Notes: generated by a model from the letters alone, not told the origin. A stretch of DNA of 64,000 nucleotides from Octopus sinensis (GCF_006345805.1 NC_042999.1:310001-374000); one strand, 5' to 3'. Shown: positions 50,477-63,349, counted from the stretch's first letter. Translations and numbers: made by a program.

Positions 50477-50679
50477 ACGTAAAGTATACTAGCCATCTCA
50501 ATATGGCTTACCATTAAGGGTGGGTGTTACTGAAGCTTTTAGCCCCAGGAGATCATCGTCTCCAGCTGGCTTTAGACACACTAAAGCCAGCGGGAGTCGA
50601 TGATCTCCTGGGGCTAAAAGCTTCAGTAACACCCACCCTTTGTGGTTAGCCGTATTGAGATGGCTAGTATACTTTACGT
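50477..50679. repeat. Near-perfect 99-bp-arm palindrome (fold-back element)
   Basis: 50477-50575 pairs with 50581-50679 with 6 mismatches, no indels and a 5-nt loop ACACA. Confidence 0.95.
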
Positions 50680-51269
50680 ATACTAACATTGTGTGAGATA
50701 ATTTCAACGACTGACCCCAAACCTCTGCACTTATCACTTCTACTGAATTAGCTCCATAGAGTACCTACGCTAGAAATTCTCGACAAATTTATCGAATCAT
50801 ACTTTGCTTTTCAGCAAATTATCATTAACTCCTGGACATTACTGTCTCGAATCCCAGGACTCTGACAAAATCTATACGTATCATTCAGAATTCTCCATAC
50901 CAGGTTAACTTTATACGTTATTCACTGTTAGTTTTTGCGTAGGTTATGTGGAAAGAAAAAATAAAGGCGGCTTTTGTTACATTATCTCTCAAAAAAAAAA
51001 AAATATTCCCCTTTGCTGTTGAATAAAATAAACTCAAGACAGGAAGTTTCAACGTCTTCCTTCAATTTCCTTACACCATATATATGGCTGTTTCTGGCAG
51101 GAAATTTCGTTTACATGTAAAACCACTATATTTTGTAGTCATTACCCGTAACCTACTCTCAAAACACTTCAGTACCTCTACTTTACATCGCTTGCAAACT
51201 TACCACCAGTACAACTTAAACCGTTCAAAATACCGGTATATATATGTATATATATATATATATATATAT

Positions 51270-51687
51270 TTCTCTCTGTTTTACCTGTTTCAGTCATTTG
51301 ACTGCGGCCATGCTGGAGCACCGCCTTTAGTCGAGCAAATCGACCCCAGGACTTATTCTTTGGAAGCCTAGTACTTATTCTATCGGTTTCTATTGTAGAA
51401 CCGCTATGTTACGGGGATGTAGACACACAAGCATCGGTTGTGAAGCGATTTTGGGGGGGGGTCAAACACAGACACACAAACATATACTCACACCTACATA
51501 TATATATACATACATATATACGACGGGCTTCTTTCAGTTTCCGTCTACCAAATCCACTCACAAGTCTTTCGTCGGCCCGAGACTTTAGTAGAAGTCACTT
51601 GCCTAAGGTGCTACGCAGTGGGACTGAACCCGGGACCATGTGGTTGGTAAGCAAGCTACTTACCACACAGCCACTCCTGCGCCTACC
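51270..51687 (-). mobile_element. SINE family A, full length
   Basis: Collinear with 2143-2561. Confidence 0.9.
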
Positions 51688-52494
51688 ACGGGTTTCCTTA
51701 CAATTTCGATCTACCGAATGTTCGTAACGTAACCAAAGGTATAGTAGAAGACACCGAAGTTCCTTTGCAGTCAAAGCGAACATGGCGCTATGTAATGACA
51801 ACGCAAGCTTCTTGGCAACATGGCCATGTCTGTTCCATGGACAAAGTTTCGTTCCTTTTAGTACCCTCCTTGAGACTCGAACTCAGATTATTGAACAGAC
51901 GATGTAACGTCTGTAACATATTACCTTGTTATTGAATCTATTCCTGTCTGCCCATTGTAATCCAATTATATTCAATTGAAGCTGTTGTCTGTAGAACAAT
52001 ATGCGGAACCGAGTGCTTTAGTTGTTTAAGCATCAAAGACAGTTATTTACCAAATTCTGTCTTTCGGATCGATGGTGTTCACTAATAGCCACATGAACGC
52101 TTCTATAAAACATTTTAGACCATCAAATGGCTGTTCTTTTCTTTTCCTCTCTGAAGTTTTCAAAGTTAGATGATGCCCTTCATTAACATTTATTGAAAAA
52201 TTAAAGTATTTTGACTTGTCTTCCGTGAAAATAGCACCAGAGAATGTTCAAACGTTTTGCAAGATGCATGAATATCAGTATCCGAAGCTACCTAATCTTA
52301 TTTTTCAATAAATTTGCAAACCTGAAGCAAACAAATAAATTATTATTTCGAATATAACAAAATAAAACAAAATATTAGTTTCGTAACAAAGCAGGACAAA
52401 AGTTCTTTTACAGAATGAGGACACTCGAAAGTCGAAATATAAATTCTAGTCTGGAAATATTTTAAAATTAGATAAACATTACAAAATGCTGGGT

Positions 52495-52684
52495 AAGGCG
52501 TAGGAGTGGCTGTGTGGTAAGTAGCTTGCTTACGAACCACATATGGTTCCGGGTTAAGTCCTACTGCGTGGCACCTTGGGCAAGTGAATTCTACTATAGC
52601 CTCGGGCCGACCAAAGCCTTGTGAGTGGATTTGGTAGACGGAAACTGAAAGAAGCCCGTCGCATATATGTATGTATATATATAT

Positions 52685-52750
<66 letters not shown>

Positions 52751-52962
52751 TTGTGTGTCTGTGTTTGTCCTCCCAACATCGTTTGATAACTGATGGTGGT
52801 GTTTTTACGTCCCCGTAACTAAGCGGTTCTGCAAAAGAGACCGATAGAATAAGTACTAGGCATCCAAAGAATAAGTCCTGGGGTCGATCTGCTCGACTAA
52901 AGGTCGTGCTCCAGCATGGCCACTGTCAAATGACTGAAACAAAAGAATAAAGAGTAAAGTAA
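52495..52962 (+). mobile_element. SINE family A, full length
   Basis: AAGGCGTAGGAGTGGCTGTGTGGTAAG...AAAGAATAAAGAGTAAAG. Confidence 0.9.
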
Positions 52963-52984
52963 AGGAATTTACTTGGTTTGTCTT

Positions 52985-53502
52985 CCATCTTTTACTTGCT
53001 CCAGTCATTAGACTGAGGCCATACTGGGGCACCGCCTTCAAGAATTTTAACTTGAATGAATCGATACCAGTACTTACTTATCATATCTGTCTCCTTTGCC
53101 GAACCGCTTGGTTAGCGAACGTAAGCATACCAACACCGGTTAAGAGGTAGCGGTGGACAAACACAGACGCACAGAGACAGATATATATTCTTATTCCTTT
53201 ATACGTTTTCGCCCCAACGCTATGGCCATGCTGGGGCACCAACAGTGATACATACATACTTACATATATGTGTGTATATATATACGCACACATAGAAGCA
53301 CACAGAAACACACACACACATATATATATATTTATGTACGACGAGTTTCTTTCAGTTTCCGTCTACTAGATCTACTCACAAAGCTTTGGTCCCCTTGAAG
53401 CTACAATAGAAGACACTTGCCCAAGGTAACACGCAGTGGAATTGAAACTGGAACTATGTTGTTGAGAAGCAAGCTTCATACCACAAAGCCAAATCTGCGC
53501 CT
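52985..53502 (-). mobile_element. SINE family A, rearranged (duplicated 3' portion)
   Basis: Two GGCCAT(A/G)CTGGGGCACC tail segments, then body and head ending AATCTGCGCCT. Confidence 0.75.
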
Positions 53503-54319
53503 AAAATTTTTGTTTGAGGTTGGCTCCTTGTGATTAGACAAATGTACTATTTTCTGAAGAAAACTGACGTGGTAGAATTCATGCGTTTCTCATATCCATA
53601 ATAAACAGGGTAAAGTTTCTCCGAAACTATCAAAACTGAGTCGCAGAGGTTGTTCGCTTGAAACTAGTAGCTTCATATTTCATCCAGGTTATTAGCTGGA
53701 AACTAGTAGCTTCATATTTCATCCAAAAATGAATTTTATGTCTAATAGGAAAAATTGTTTAGATATTTGCTACAGTTCTGATGAGAGCAGCTGTTATTAA
53801 AACTAGCTGTCCCCGTGGTTTAATTAGAAACTTGCACCGGCATTTTAAATGTTTCTGTTCTAAGTTATATCTACACACACACACAAGTGTACTACATACC
53901 GTATCCAATTACATATACACAATGCACAGAAAGAATTGAGTAAATTAAGCGGACGACTGCTTATTTAGAACTTGAGGATAAACAATATTTTTCATAAAAG
54001 CTATTTCTCCATTCCCACACATACGAACATAAGCAAACAAATAAGCCGACTCTCTCTATCTCTCACTCTCTTTCTCTCACATATATACACACACAGTTAA
54101 TTGGCTCTGCGTGTGAACGCGCCAATAGAGTCCGTGTGTGTATATGTGTGCGTTTGTTTGTTTGTTTGTGTGTGTGTGCTCGTTCGCTTGAATCTGTTTT
54201 TCTCTCTCTCTGTCTTTTGTCTGTCTGTTACACACGCACATTTACCATCCCCTTTCCACAACGTGACAGGCTGTTTACACCACAGGAATCTACCGTTAGC
54301 ACTTACAATAGGCAGATAT

Positions 54320-54650
54320 TAGTTTCAAATTTTGGCACAAGGCTAGCAATTTCGGGGGCGGCTGTGTCGGTTACATTGACACCAGTGTTCAACTGGTACC
54401 TACTTTAACCACCCCGAAAGGAAAAATCGAATATGAACTCAAAACGGAATGTTGACTCAGAAAGTAAAGACTGATGAAATGCATTTTGTCCGGCTAAAAA
54501 TTCTACAAACTCGCCGCCTTATAAATATGACTTCATCAGAATTTGAACTCAGAATGGAGAAAATCAGAATGTCGAAATGTAGGAAAATATGAACAGAAAC
54601 GACAAAGCATTTTCCCACTGTTCTAATGATTCTGCCAGCTCATCGACTAC
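54320..54650 (-). mobile_element. Degenerate SINE family B pieces
   Basis: TTCAACTGGTAC...CCCCGAAAGG...GACTCAGAAAG...; GAATTTGAACTCAGAA...GATTCTGCCAGCTC. Confidence 0.65.
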
Positions 54651-54789
54651 AATAGATCGATGTAGACGTAAGTTGATCAGTTCCCGATTTAAGCAATATG
54701 CAGGTTCAAGGTAAAGATAACTGATAACGGAAAAACCTTTAATAGATAGAAGTAAAACAACTGAAATTGCTAATATAAACTTTTCCACT

Positions 54790-55487
54790 CTATGCCCGAA
54801 ATTTTGGGGGAGGAGACCAGTGGATTATATCGACCCCAGTATGTAACTGGTACTTAATTTATCGACCCCGAAAGGATGAAAAGCAAAGTCGACCTCGGCG
54901 GAATTTGAGCTCAGAACGTACCGGCAGACGAAATACCTATTTCTTTACTACCTACAAGGGGCTAAACACAGAGAGGACAAACAAGGACAGACAAACGGAT
55001 TAAGTCGATTATATCGACCTCAGTGCGTAACTGGTACTTATTTAATCGACCCCGAAAGGATGAAAGGCAAAGTCGACCTCGGCGGAATTTGAACTCACAA
55101 CGTACCGGCAGACGAAATACCTATTTCCTTACTACCCACAAGGGGCTAAACACAGAGAGGACAAAGAAGGACAGACAAACGGATTAAGTCGATTATATTG
55201 ACTCCAGTGCGTAACTCGATCCCGAAAGGATGAAAGGTAAAGTTGACCTCGGCGGAATTTGAACTCAGAACATAGCGACGGGCGAAATACCTGTTTCTTT
55301 ACTACCCACAAGGGGCTAAACACAGAGGACAAAGAAGGACAGACAAACGGATTAAGTCGATTATATTGACCCCAGTGCGTAACTCGAACCCGAAAGGATG
55401 AAAGTCACAGTTGACCTCGGTGGAATTTTAATTTAGAACGTAGCGGCAGACGAAATACCGCTAAGTATTTCGCTCGGCCTGGCCTGA
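54790..55487 (-). mobile_element. SINE family B tandem array (4 bodies, terminal tail B)
   Basis: Three GAAATAC|CT(A/G)TTTC junctions; two adjacent units share a private deletion of about 14 nt. Confidence 0.92.
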
Positions 55488-55649
55488 AATTTCTTCTTGG
55501 TTCGAATACCACCCGTACAACATTTATATTCCTCCCTATGCCTGTCATCTCTTATGTCCCTGCCGTAAGATAATCTGGAACTCGACCGAAGAAAGAAAAC
55601 TTCGAATGACCCGTCCTTGTTTTTTTGTATCCTTTGTCTGGATGTTTTG

Positions 55650-55830
55650 CATTACTTAACGGTATTTCGTTCGTTTTTACATTCTGAGTTCATATTTCGC
55701 TAAAGTCGACTTTGCGTTTGACGCTTTGGGGGTCGATAAAATAAGTACCAATTGAGCACTCAGGTTGATGTAATCGACTAACCACCTCCACTGAGCTTGC
55801 TGGCCTTGTGCCAAAATTTGAAATCCATAT
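55650..55830 (+). mobile_element. SINE family B single divergent copy
   Basis: GGTATTTCG...TTCTGAGTTCATATTTCGC...GGGTCGATAAAATAAGTACC...GGCCTTGTGCCAAAATTTGAAA. Confidence 0.75.
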
Positions 55831-57007
55831 TCATTTGTTGGATTGACTTGGAAATTTGAACGCTAGATTTCTTGACTACAAAAGAAGAAACCTTCTGCAT
55901 GCGACATGATACGAACTGGAGAACATTTCGTTTGTAGACCAACATTTTGTCGACTCAGCAAGGGACGGTATTATACGAATATTAGATGCTTAAACTGAAA
56001 GGTTGGCATCCAATGGACGATTCGCCAACGCTTTTTATTTTCTATAGTATATGAAGAAAACAACTGCTGACCCAAATAAACAGAAAACTGTCTCAAAGAA
56101 ATCATTAAGCTGGCAAGAAAGCAAGAGTAAAAACGAGCGGGAAAGAAGGAGGAAGAGAGTGAGATGAAGAAAGTACGTGAAGGAGTGAGTAGGAGAGAGA
56201 GATAGAGAGAGAGAGTTGGGGTGGGGGTAGAGAATAAATGTCAAGTTTTCATATGCAAAAATAATCCGCTAAAGAAACTTATTTTGCTCGGGGATATTAT
56301 TTGAGGTACGACGTATATTATACAGGAGATGTATCATATAATCGCATCACACAGCTTTGGCAAGTGCAATTTCTTCTAGACAAGACTACCTTCCAAATAT
56401 CATTACACAACATATCTAGCAAAAAAAAAACGGAAAAAAAATATAATATGAGAAAATATATAATATTGAAATAAATATCAAACGTGTCGAGGAAATAAGA
56501 AAGATGGTTGCTACTTTCATGTGATTTTTGCTTAATACCTGCCAGATTATCTGAAGAAGGGAACAAGCTTAGAAGTTCTTATGAAAAATACTGACTATGA
56601 TAGGTGCTTCCGAAGTGATTACGGAAAAAAACATGCTGGCAAATACATAAAAAAAAACCAGGACTTAAGATCCGGCAGAACATCCTGGGCTTGCAGATAT
56701 ACCACGTAGAATATTCTCAGTACAATTGAAAATGCAAGATCATAATAAGTTACTGTATACACCCAAATCGTACAGACACTACTGGTAGTAATAACAATGG
56801 ATATTAGAATAGGTTCTCTGTTAAAGAAGAGACGTGTGGTAATTAGTAGCAGAAAACCTTTAATAGTAATGAATTCTTATAATGAGAGGAAAGAAAAATT
56901 CTGTTACAGAGGGATCTGTGTTGCTTACTAAATTGATTTAGCTACGTAACTAATACTTACATTTTTGATCGCAGGTATTTTTATCATGATAATCCTTTCT
57001 ATTATAG

Positions 57008-57608
57008 ACACAAGGCCTGAAACTTTTTGATAGGGGGTTAGTCGATTACATCGACATAAGTGTTCAACTGGTACTTATTTCATTGACTACGAAAGGATAA
57101 AAGTCAAAGTGGACCACGATGAAATTTAAACTCAGAAGGGGAATTCAGACGAAATGACACTCAGCATTTTGTCCATCGTGCTGAAGATTCTTATTTCTTT
57201 ATTGCCCACAAGGGGCTAAACATAGAGGGGACAAATAAGGACAGACAAACGGATTAAGTCGAACACACCGACCCCAGTGCGTAACTGGTACTTAATTTAT
57301 TGACCCCGAAAGGATGAAAGGCTAAGCCGACCTCGACGGAATTTGAACTCAGAACGTAACGGCAGACGAAATACCTATTTCTTTACTACCCACAAGGAGC
57401 TAAACACAGAGGGGACAAACAAAGACAGTCAAACGGATTAAGTCGATTATATTGAGCCCATTGCGAAACTGATACTTAATTTATCGACCCCGAAAGGATG
57501 AAAGGCAAAGTCGACCTCGGCGAAATTTGAACTCAGAACGTAACTGCAGACGAAATACAGCTATGCATTTTGTCCATCGTGCTAAAGATTCTGCCAGCTT
57601 GCCGCCTT
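57008..57608 (-). mobile_element. SINE family B composite array (1 head, 3 bodies, terminal tail B)
   Basis: One junction of each type (J1 at about 57375, J2 at about 57190). Confidence 0.9.
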
Positions 57609-58030
57609 TGTTTCTTCCATAATAGTCACTTCATCTGTTCTTCGTTGCCGTTGTTGGTGTTTCCTAGCTGTTGAGAATGTGTTCTAAGTTTAGAAACGGA
57701 ATATGTGTCGCGAATTCGATCCCTAAAAGGCTTGATTTTCAAAGCTCATCTATCAATGGCACAACTGTGTTGAAACGATGTGTGGCCAGCAATGTTGGCC
57801 TTGGCGAGATTTGAACGCAACTTGTTTAAAAGGAACAAGTACCATGTGATCTGTTGGCCAATACTTTAACGATTATACCTGTCCAAATATTAATGGATTG
57901 AAATATAAATAAACAAAATTTAAAATCTGTTCCTTATTAGAACATTTGGCTTTGGTTAGATTAAATTTGTGTACATCTTGGTTTCTTACAAGTCATTATA
58001 ATCAATGGTTTTCAGCTTCACAAAAGCCGT

Positions 58031-58190
58031 TCATAGCTCACTGGTCTTTAATATATTCTGTATTGGATGTTTACAAATATTTACTTCCCTTATTAGAGTA
58101 CCATCATGGCTGCCTGTTTTAAATGTAGTAGTGACTGTAATATTCGAATGCGGGTCGCAAATTTTTTTCAAGCAATGTATTACAGCAAAA
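58031..58190 (-). CDS. Weak candidate terminal exon (phase 2)
   Basis: GATGTGTTTTAG| then (x)FAVIHCLKKICDPHSNITVTTTFKTGSHDGTLIREVNICKHPIQNILKTSEL*; the antisense frame is also open. Confidence 0.2.
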
Positions 58191-58816
58191 CTAAAACACA
58201 TCAATGTCAAAGATTACTTTAAAATACTGAACGGCCAGAAACAATCTTGAAATCACCCGAGCAAATATAAGTTAGAAAGAACTGTACAGGAAGTTATTAC
58301 GTTAAATGTGACGTAAAAGAATGTTAATACTTAAGACACAATGCTACGAAGGGACAAAATTGTATGGAGGTTAATGCTCTACTCTGTCTGTCAAATAGAT
58401 TTCAGTAAAAATAATTAAAAAAAAAACGCAAGGTCTTTGTATTTATTTTTCTTTTCTTAGAATATAGAAGATCAACTAAAGAATTTAACTCCATTTGCTT
58501 TGACATGGAATAGGAAATGAGTTGTCACTTTGTTGAAATACACGTAGAAAGACATCGTTTCACAAATCTCAACGATGTTAAACCAAGAACTTGTATTAAG
58601 ATTTATAGATAATGCGTCTTGATTATGTAATGCTGGTTCTCCGTTTTTAGTTGGCACAAAAATATCTATATACATGTATATTCACACACACACACACACA
58701 TAAAGTTCAAATTTACAGAAACAAAAAATGGAGATAGGCGTAGGAACAAGCAGGTGCATATATATAAGTATATGTATATATATATATATACATACACACA
58801 CACACACACACACACC

Positions 58817-58856
<40 letters not shown>

Positions 58857-59364
58857 GGCTTGATTTCACTACCATTAAAACACCCTGGTTTCCCTTTATA
58901 TAGAAATAACCCATAAATATTTCCCTACATCACTTTTTTTTCCTATCGACTTCAAGCTCAACGCTGCAAGAGGGTATGATTTTAATATATTGAGCCTTTT
59001 GGCCTCATCCCTAGGCCCTGTTCTTTCCTCTTCCCTCTTCCCTTCGTTTAATTTATTTTATTTTATGCATTTATATCAGTAAGATGAAGTTCCATGTACT
59101 AGATCGAATGTGTTATGAATATGCCGAAAATTATTTTCGGAATTGCTTTGCTACGCACCGACTAACATTGGAAGTGAAACGGCCGTAAGAAATGTTACAT
59201 CATGTTTTGTATTAATAAATAATAAACCGATGTTGATCAATTTCTTTGATTGTTAATCAAAAGTTTTCGCCAATTTCTGATTATTTAAATTTGATTCGTA
59301 TATGTATATATATATGTGTCTGTGTATACATATATATGTATATGTTGATTCGTTAGTTACTGCA

Positions 59365-59545
59365 CGCATTTTCTTTCTCTCCTTCTTTCTGTGTTTTTTT
59401 CTCTCTGTGTATCTTTCTGTTGAAGGGCGTAGGCTCGAAACGTTAAAGACTTGTTTTATTTATATTTCCTGAGCGCCATACTAATACAATTGTTTGTTTG
59501 TTTCCCACCTGCCTTCGTCTTTTGTCTATTTTCATAAAGCTTCCC
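59365..59545 (+). mobile_element. Short Penelope-like repeat with minimal hammerhead-like motif, followed by (TA)n
   Basis: TCTTT CTGTTGA A GGGC GTAG GCTC GAA ACGT T AAAGA; homologous to 27720-27895. Confidence 0.6.
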
Positions 59546-59546
59546 G

Positions 59547-59598
<52 letters not shown>

Positions 59599-59962
59599 GA
59601 GGGGGAGTAAGAGAAAGAGAGAGAGAGAGAAAGTAAAAAGTAAATACAAACAACAAAATCATAAGAGGAGTTCGCAGCTGATGTAATGGAAATGGCGTTG
59701 AAGGAAGTTTGCAAAAGAATAAAAGTTATAACGTTACGGATATATCCGTCTTCGGATAAGAAAAGACGAGCAGATGATAAGCCAATTTATATTACCTGAA
59801 GTCTGAGTTGGATTTCACTGTTAGCGTGTGAGGGCCGAGGAGCAACACAAGACATTATTCTGCAAAAATGCCACACCATCTAAGAGAAGTGAGAATAAAA
59901 CATCTAACTGGTTGTGATGTACAGATATTCTCACTACTAACAGTGATAAGTCCCTGAAAATT

Positions 59963-59964
<2 letters not shown>

Positions 59965-60047
<83 letters not shown>

Positions 60048-60060
60048 AAATATATATATA
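59965..60060. repeat. (TATC)n microsatellite
   Basis: Directly visible. Confidence 0.95.
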
Positions 60061-60473
60061 TATTTGTAAAAAAGAAGTTTGAAAACGCCACTATATTAGA
60101 TAAATTTTTATTTTCTTATGAATTTTACATGTTTCGGATCTTGAAAAAACGAACCTTATCAAAAATATTATACAAAGTGAAAATTGAAAAGTTCATAATC
60201 GTTTCTTACTGTTAATCGCTATATTCCTGTTGAGTGTATTGAAGAAGTCCATTATTGTTTCTTGCTGATATTAAAAGGAACCGCTTTTTTGTTACCTTGT
60301 GTTCCAATGGTAGCAACAGTAGTGATTGTTGGTCGTAGTAGTTGGTCGTAATTTTGGCAACCTTGGTGGTGGTTGGGGTTAGTAGTAGAGGACTGTTGAT
60401 CGTAGCAGCAAAAAGTGGTGGGTTCACTGGCACTGTTCACTGACGTCACATAATTCCAAACCAATCAAAACCA

Positions 60474-60509
<36 letters not shown>

Positions 60510-60666
60510 TATATATACATATTTGGAATTTACAAACAAAAAATGGAAAATTAAAGACGAAGACGGAGGTGCAAACATATATATATATACATATATATCC
60601 TTTCGGTGCGAATGGTTTTGTTATATCGTGCCGTAATTTACAATTTTACAATCCTGTAAATATTAG

Positions 60667-60877
60667 TAATGGTATTTTTATAGAAGCTTAAAGCTTATGG
60701 CGATCACCGTACAAATGACTAAGGAAAATAGTCTAATAACGGGGCATATAAGCCCTTGACAGGGAAATATGGCTTCTTTTTTCTGTCGAGGGCTTACATA
60801 CCTCGTCATTAGCTTATTTTCCTTAATCATTGCACGGTGATCGGCATATACTTTAAGCTTCTATAAAAATACCATTA
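60667..60877. mobile_element. Fold-back MITE, about 97-bp imperfect arms, TA ends
   Basis: TAATGGTATTTTTATAGAAGCTTAAAG...AAGCCCTTGACAG versus CTGTCGAGGGCTT...CTTTAAGCTTCTATAAAAATACCATTA. Confidence 0.85.
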
Positions 60878-61124
60878 TATATATATGTATATATGTATGC
60901 ATATACATATAATGTCAAAGACACAGACAATCGAGTTAGTTCTCTTGCCTATGACTTCCAGGTGTTTTAACATTAGGCGTATTGACGAGGAGATGTTCTC
61001 TTATTCCCATAAACCACAGACTGTCCACGAACTGGCAAAACACGTGCCTTGTGTATGTGCGTTCGATATTGTTTATATCACACGGGCTACTCCTCATTCA
61101 CACACACACACTCACATATATTCT

Positions 61125-61425
61125 GTTATTCTTTTAATTGTTTCGGTCATTTGACGGCGGCCAAACTGGGGCACCGCCTTTAGTCGAACAAATCAACACC
61201 AGAAATTATTCGCTTGCCAACTGCTAAGTGACGGTGATGTAAACATACTAGCATCGGTTGTCAAGCGATAGTGGTGGTGGTGGGGTCATATACAGACACA
61301 TAAACACAACACAAACACACATATATACGAAGGGCTTCTTTCAGTTTCCGTCTACCAAATCCACTCATAAGGCTTTGGTTAGCCCGGGGCTATAGTAGAT
61401 GACATTTGGCCAAGGTGCCATGCAG
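61125..61425 (-). mobile_element. SINE family A, 5'-truncated with internal deletion
   Basis: GTCATTTGACGGCGGCC...CTTCTTTCAGTTTCCGTCTACCAAATCC...GGCCAAGGTGCCA. Confidence 0.8.
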
Positions 61426-61564
61426 AAATTGTGTGTAAAAATACATGTAAGGCTTCTACGTAGCTTTCCATAATTTCTGCGTATATATCGTAATGCAATC
61501 TGCTTTCTGAATAATTGCTAATTAATGTGTGCGTGTGTGTGGGCGCGCGTGCATGTGGGTTTGA

Positions 61565-61813
61565 AGGCAGGTGGCCTGGTGTTCACGGAGGTTCTTTTCA
61601 CAATCATGAGATCGTAGTTTTGATTCTGAGACACGCTGCAGACTGTTCTTGAGCAAAAAACTTATTTTTACTTTTCTCCAGTTCACTCAGCTGTAAATGG
61701 TTAAACCTGCTATGGACAAGACCCTTGTGACCAGGTAGAAATTTTGGCCTGCTCACCTGTCAAGCGAAATGACATCATTCGAAAGTTAAAACGAAGCGAA
61801 GTGCATAGTGACT
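61565..61813 (+). mobile_element. Divergent SINE family C variant
   Basis: GGCAGGTGGCCTGGTG...GTTCTTGAGCAAAAAAC...CTCCAGTTCACTCAGCTGTAAATGG...GTGCATAGTGAC. Confidence 0.6.
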
Positions 61814-61919
61814 AACTATATATAACAATATCCGATATTCTTTCCAATACTGTAATATCGTGATATGTGTGCGTGTATTTTTGTGTATATATGTTTATAA
61901 ATGTGTGTATGTGCCTCTG

Positions 61920-61960
<41 letters not shown>

Positions 61961-62109
61961 AGTAGATGAAACAGGGACAACTGATGAAGGGGAATATTTC
62001 TCATGTTGTATGTTTCGTTTCTCTGTTTTTTTCGTTGTTCGAAAAAAGTTCGTTTCTATGTTCTTGTTTTACGTTTTCGCTTCTCATTGTATTCAACGTT
62101 TTATTTATA

Positions 62110-62176
62110 CATATATATGTAGGTATGTACATATATATATGTATATATGCATATATTTATATATTATTTATATTAT

Positions 62177-62269
<93 letters not shown>

Positions 62270-62290
62270 TATATAATATATATATATAAT

Positions 62291-62356
<66 letters not shown>

Positions 62357-62365
62357 TATACACAC
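62110..62365. repeat. (TA)n microsatellite
   Basis: Directly visible. Confidence 0.95.
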
Positions 62366-63206
62366 ACATAATATCTATATTTGTGTTTGTGGGTGGGCGG
62401 GAAGAAATGTAACATATACACAGACATATGCAGTATGTATTGTAATCATTTGTGTTGAGTTTCTATTTTAGAGGCTTCCGCCATTTTTCTTTTTTTTTTT
62501 TTGTTTTGCCTTTCGATTGGTAGCTAGTGTGAAACACATATTAGCTATGGCTTAGCTTGGCTAAGATCACCAGCATTGTCCAATCAAAATCCATTGTTTC
62601 CCCCCGAAAGAAAACACATACTATCTTCGTAGAACATAATGTCAAGTGATTTCACAGAGGATCAAACGGCAGCTGCAAATAACGTATAAAAATACAATGT
62701 TTTCTAAAGATACACTTGTTTCTCTTTATGGGATGGGTCGCGTATTATCGTCGATCGTTGAATGTTTTCAGTAGCATTAGTCTTGAGAAACATGCTCGGA
62801 TATTATATTGACACATTCAATACACATGAATCCCGGACTGTCTGATAATACTTTCTGTTCGACTTCTTACAGATAACCACAGCGTGATGCATTTGAATAA
62901 AAAGAAAAAAAAAAAGCAAAGATGAAAAAAATAGGAAAAGAATGCCATTTGAAGAAAACGAAAAGATTATTTCTGTAGAAATATTTTCATTAACAGTTTG
63001 GTGTTTTCCCAATAAACACTATATTGAAAAATCGATTCTATTGGCTTTTTGTACTTTTTAGACTCAATATTATCAGGAGATGTGATTATGTGCGTCTGTA
63101 TGCGTGAATGAACTTAGACTGATATCTATAAAAGTACACAATACACGGAAACAACACATACTTCACACGTGTGTATAACAGTTATGTATGTGTGTGTGTA
63201 TGCTAT

Positions 63207-63257
<51 letters not shown>

Positions 63258-63262
63258 ATGTG

Positions 63263-63293
<31 letters not shown>

Positions 63294-63349
63294 GTCTATA
63301 TATAATACATACCGAGTATGTAGTATATATATACATATATGTATACATG

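Noticed and set aside
51990-52260. Tc1 transposase remnant on the minus strand (AIFTEDKSKYFN)
   Set aside because: Only loose resemblance to the FSDESKF motif; no TIRs or other motifs found.
53660-53725. 27-bp direct repeat GAAACTAGTAGCTTCATATTTCATCCA
   Set aside because: Simple local duplication of two copies; no further structure.
54790-55487. Regular repeat arrays that might suggest CRISPR or a retrozyme
   Set aside because: Whole units of about 180 bp are homologous (no unique spacers), there are no cas genes, the context is eukaryotic, and the unit has no hammerhead core on either strand.
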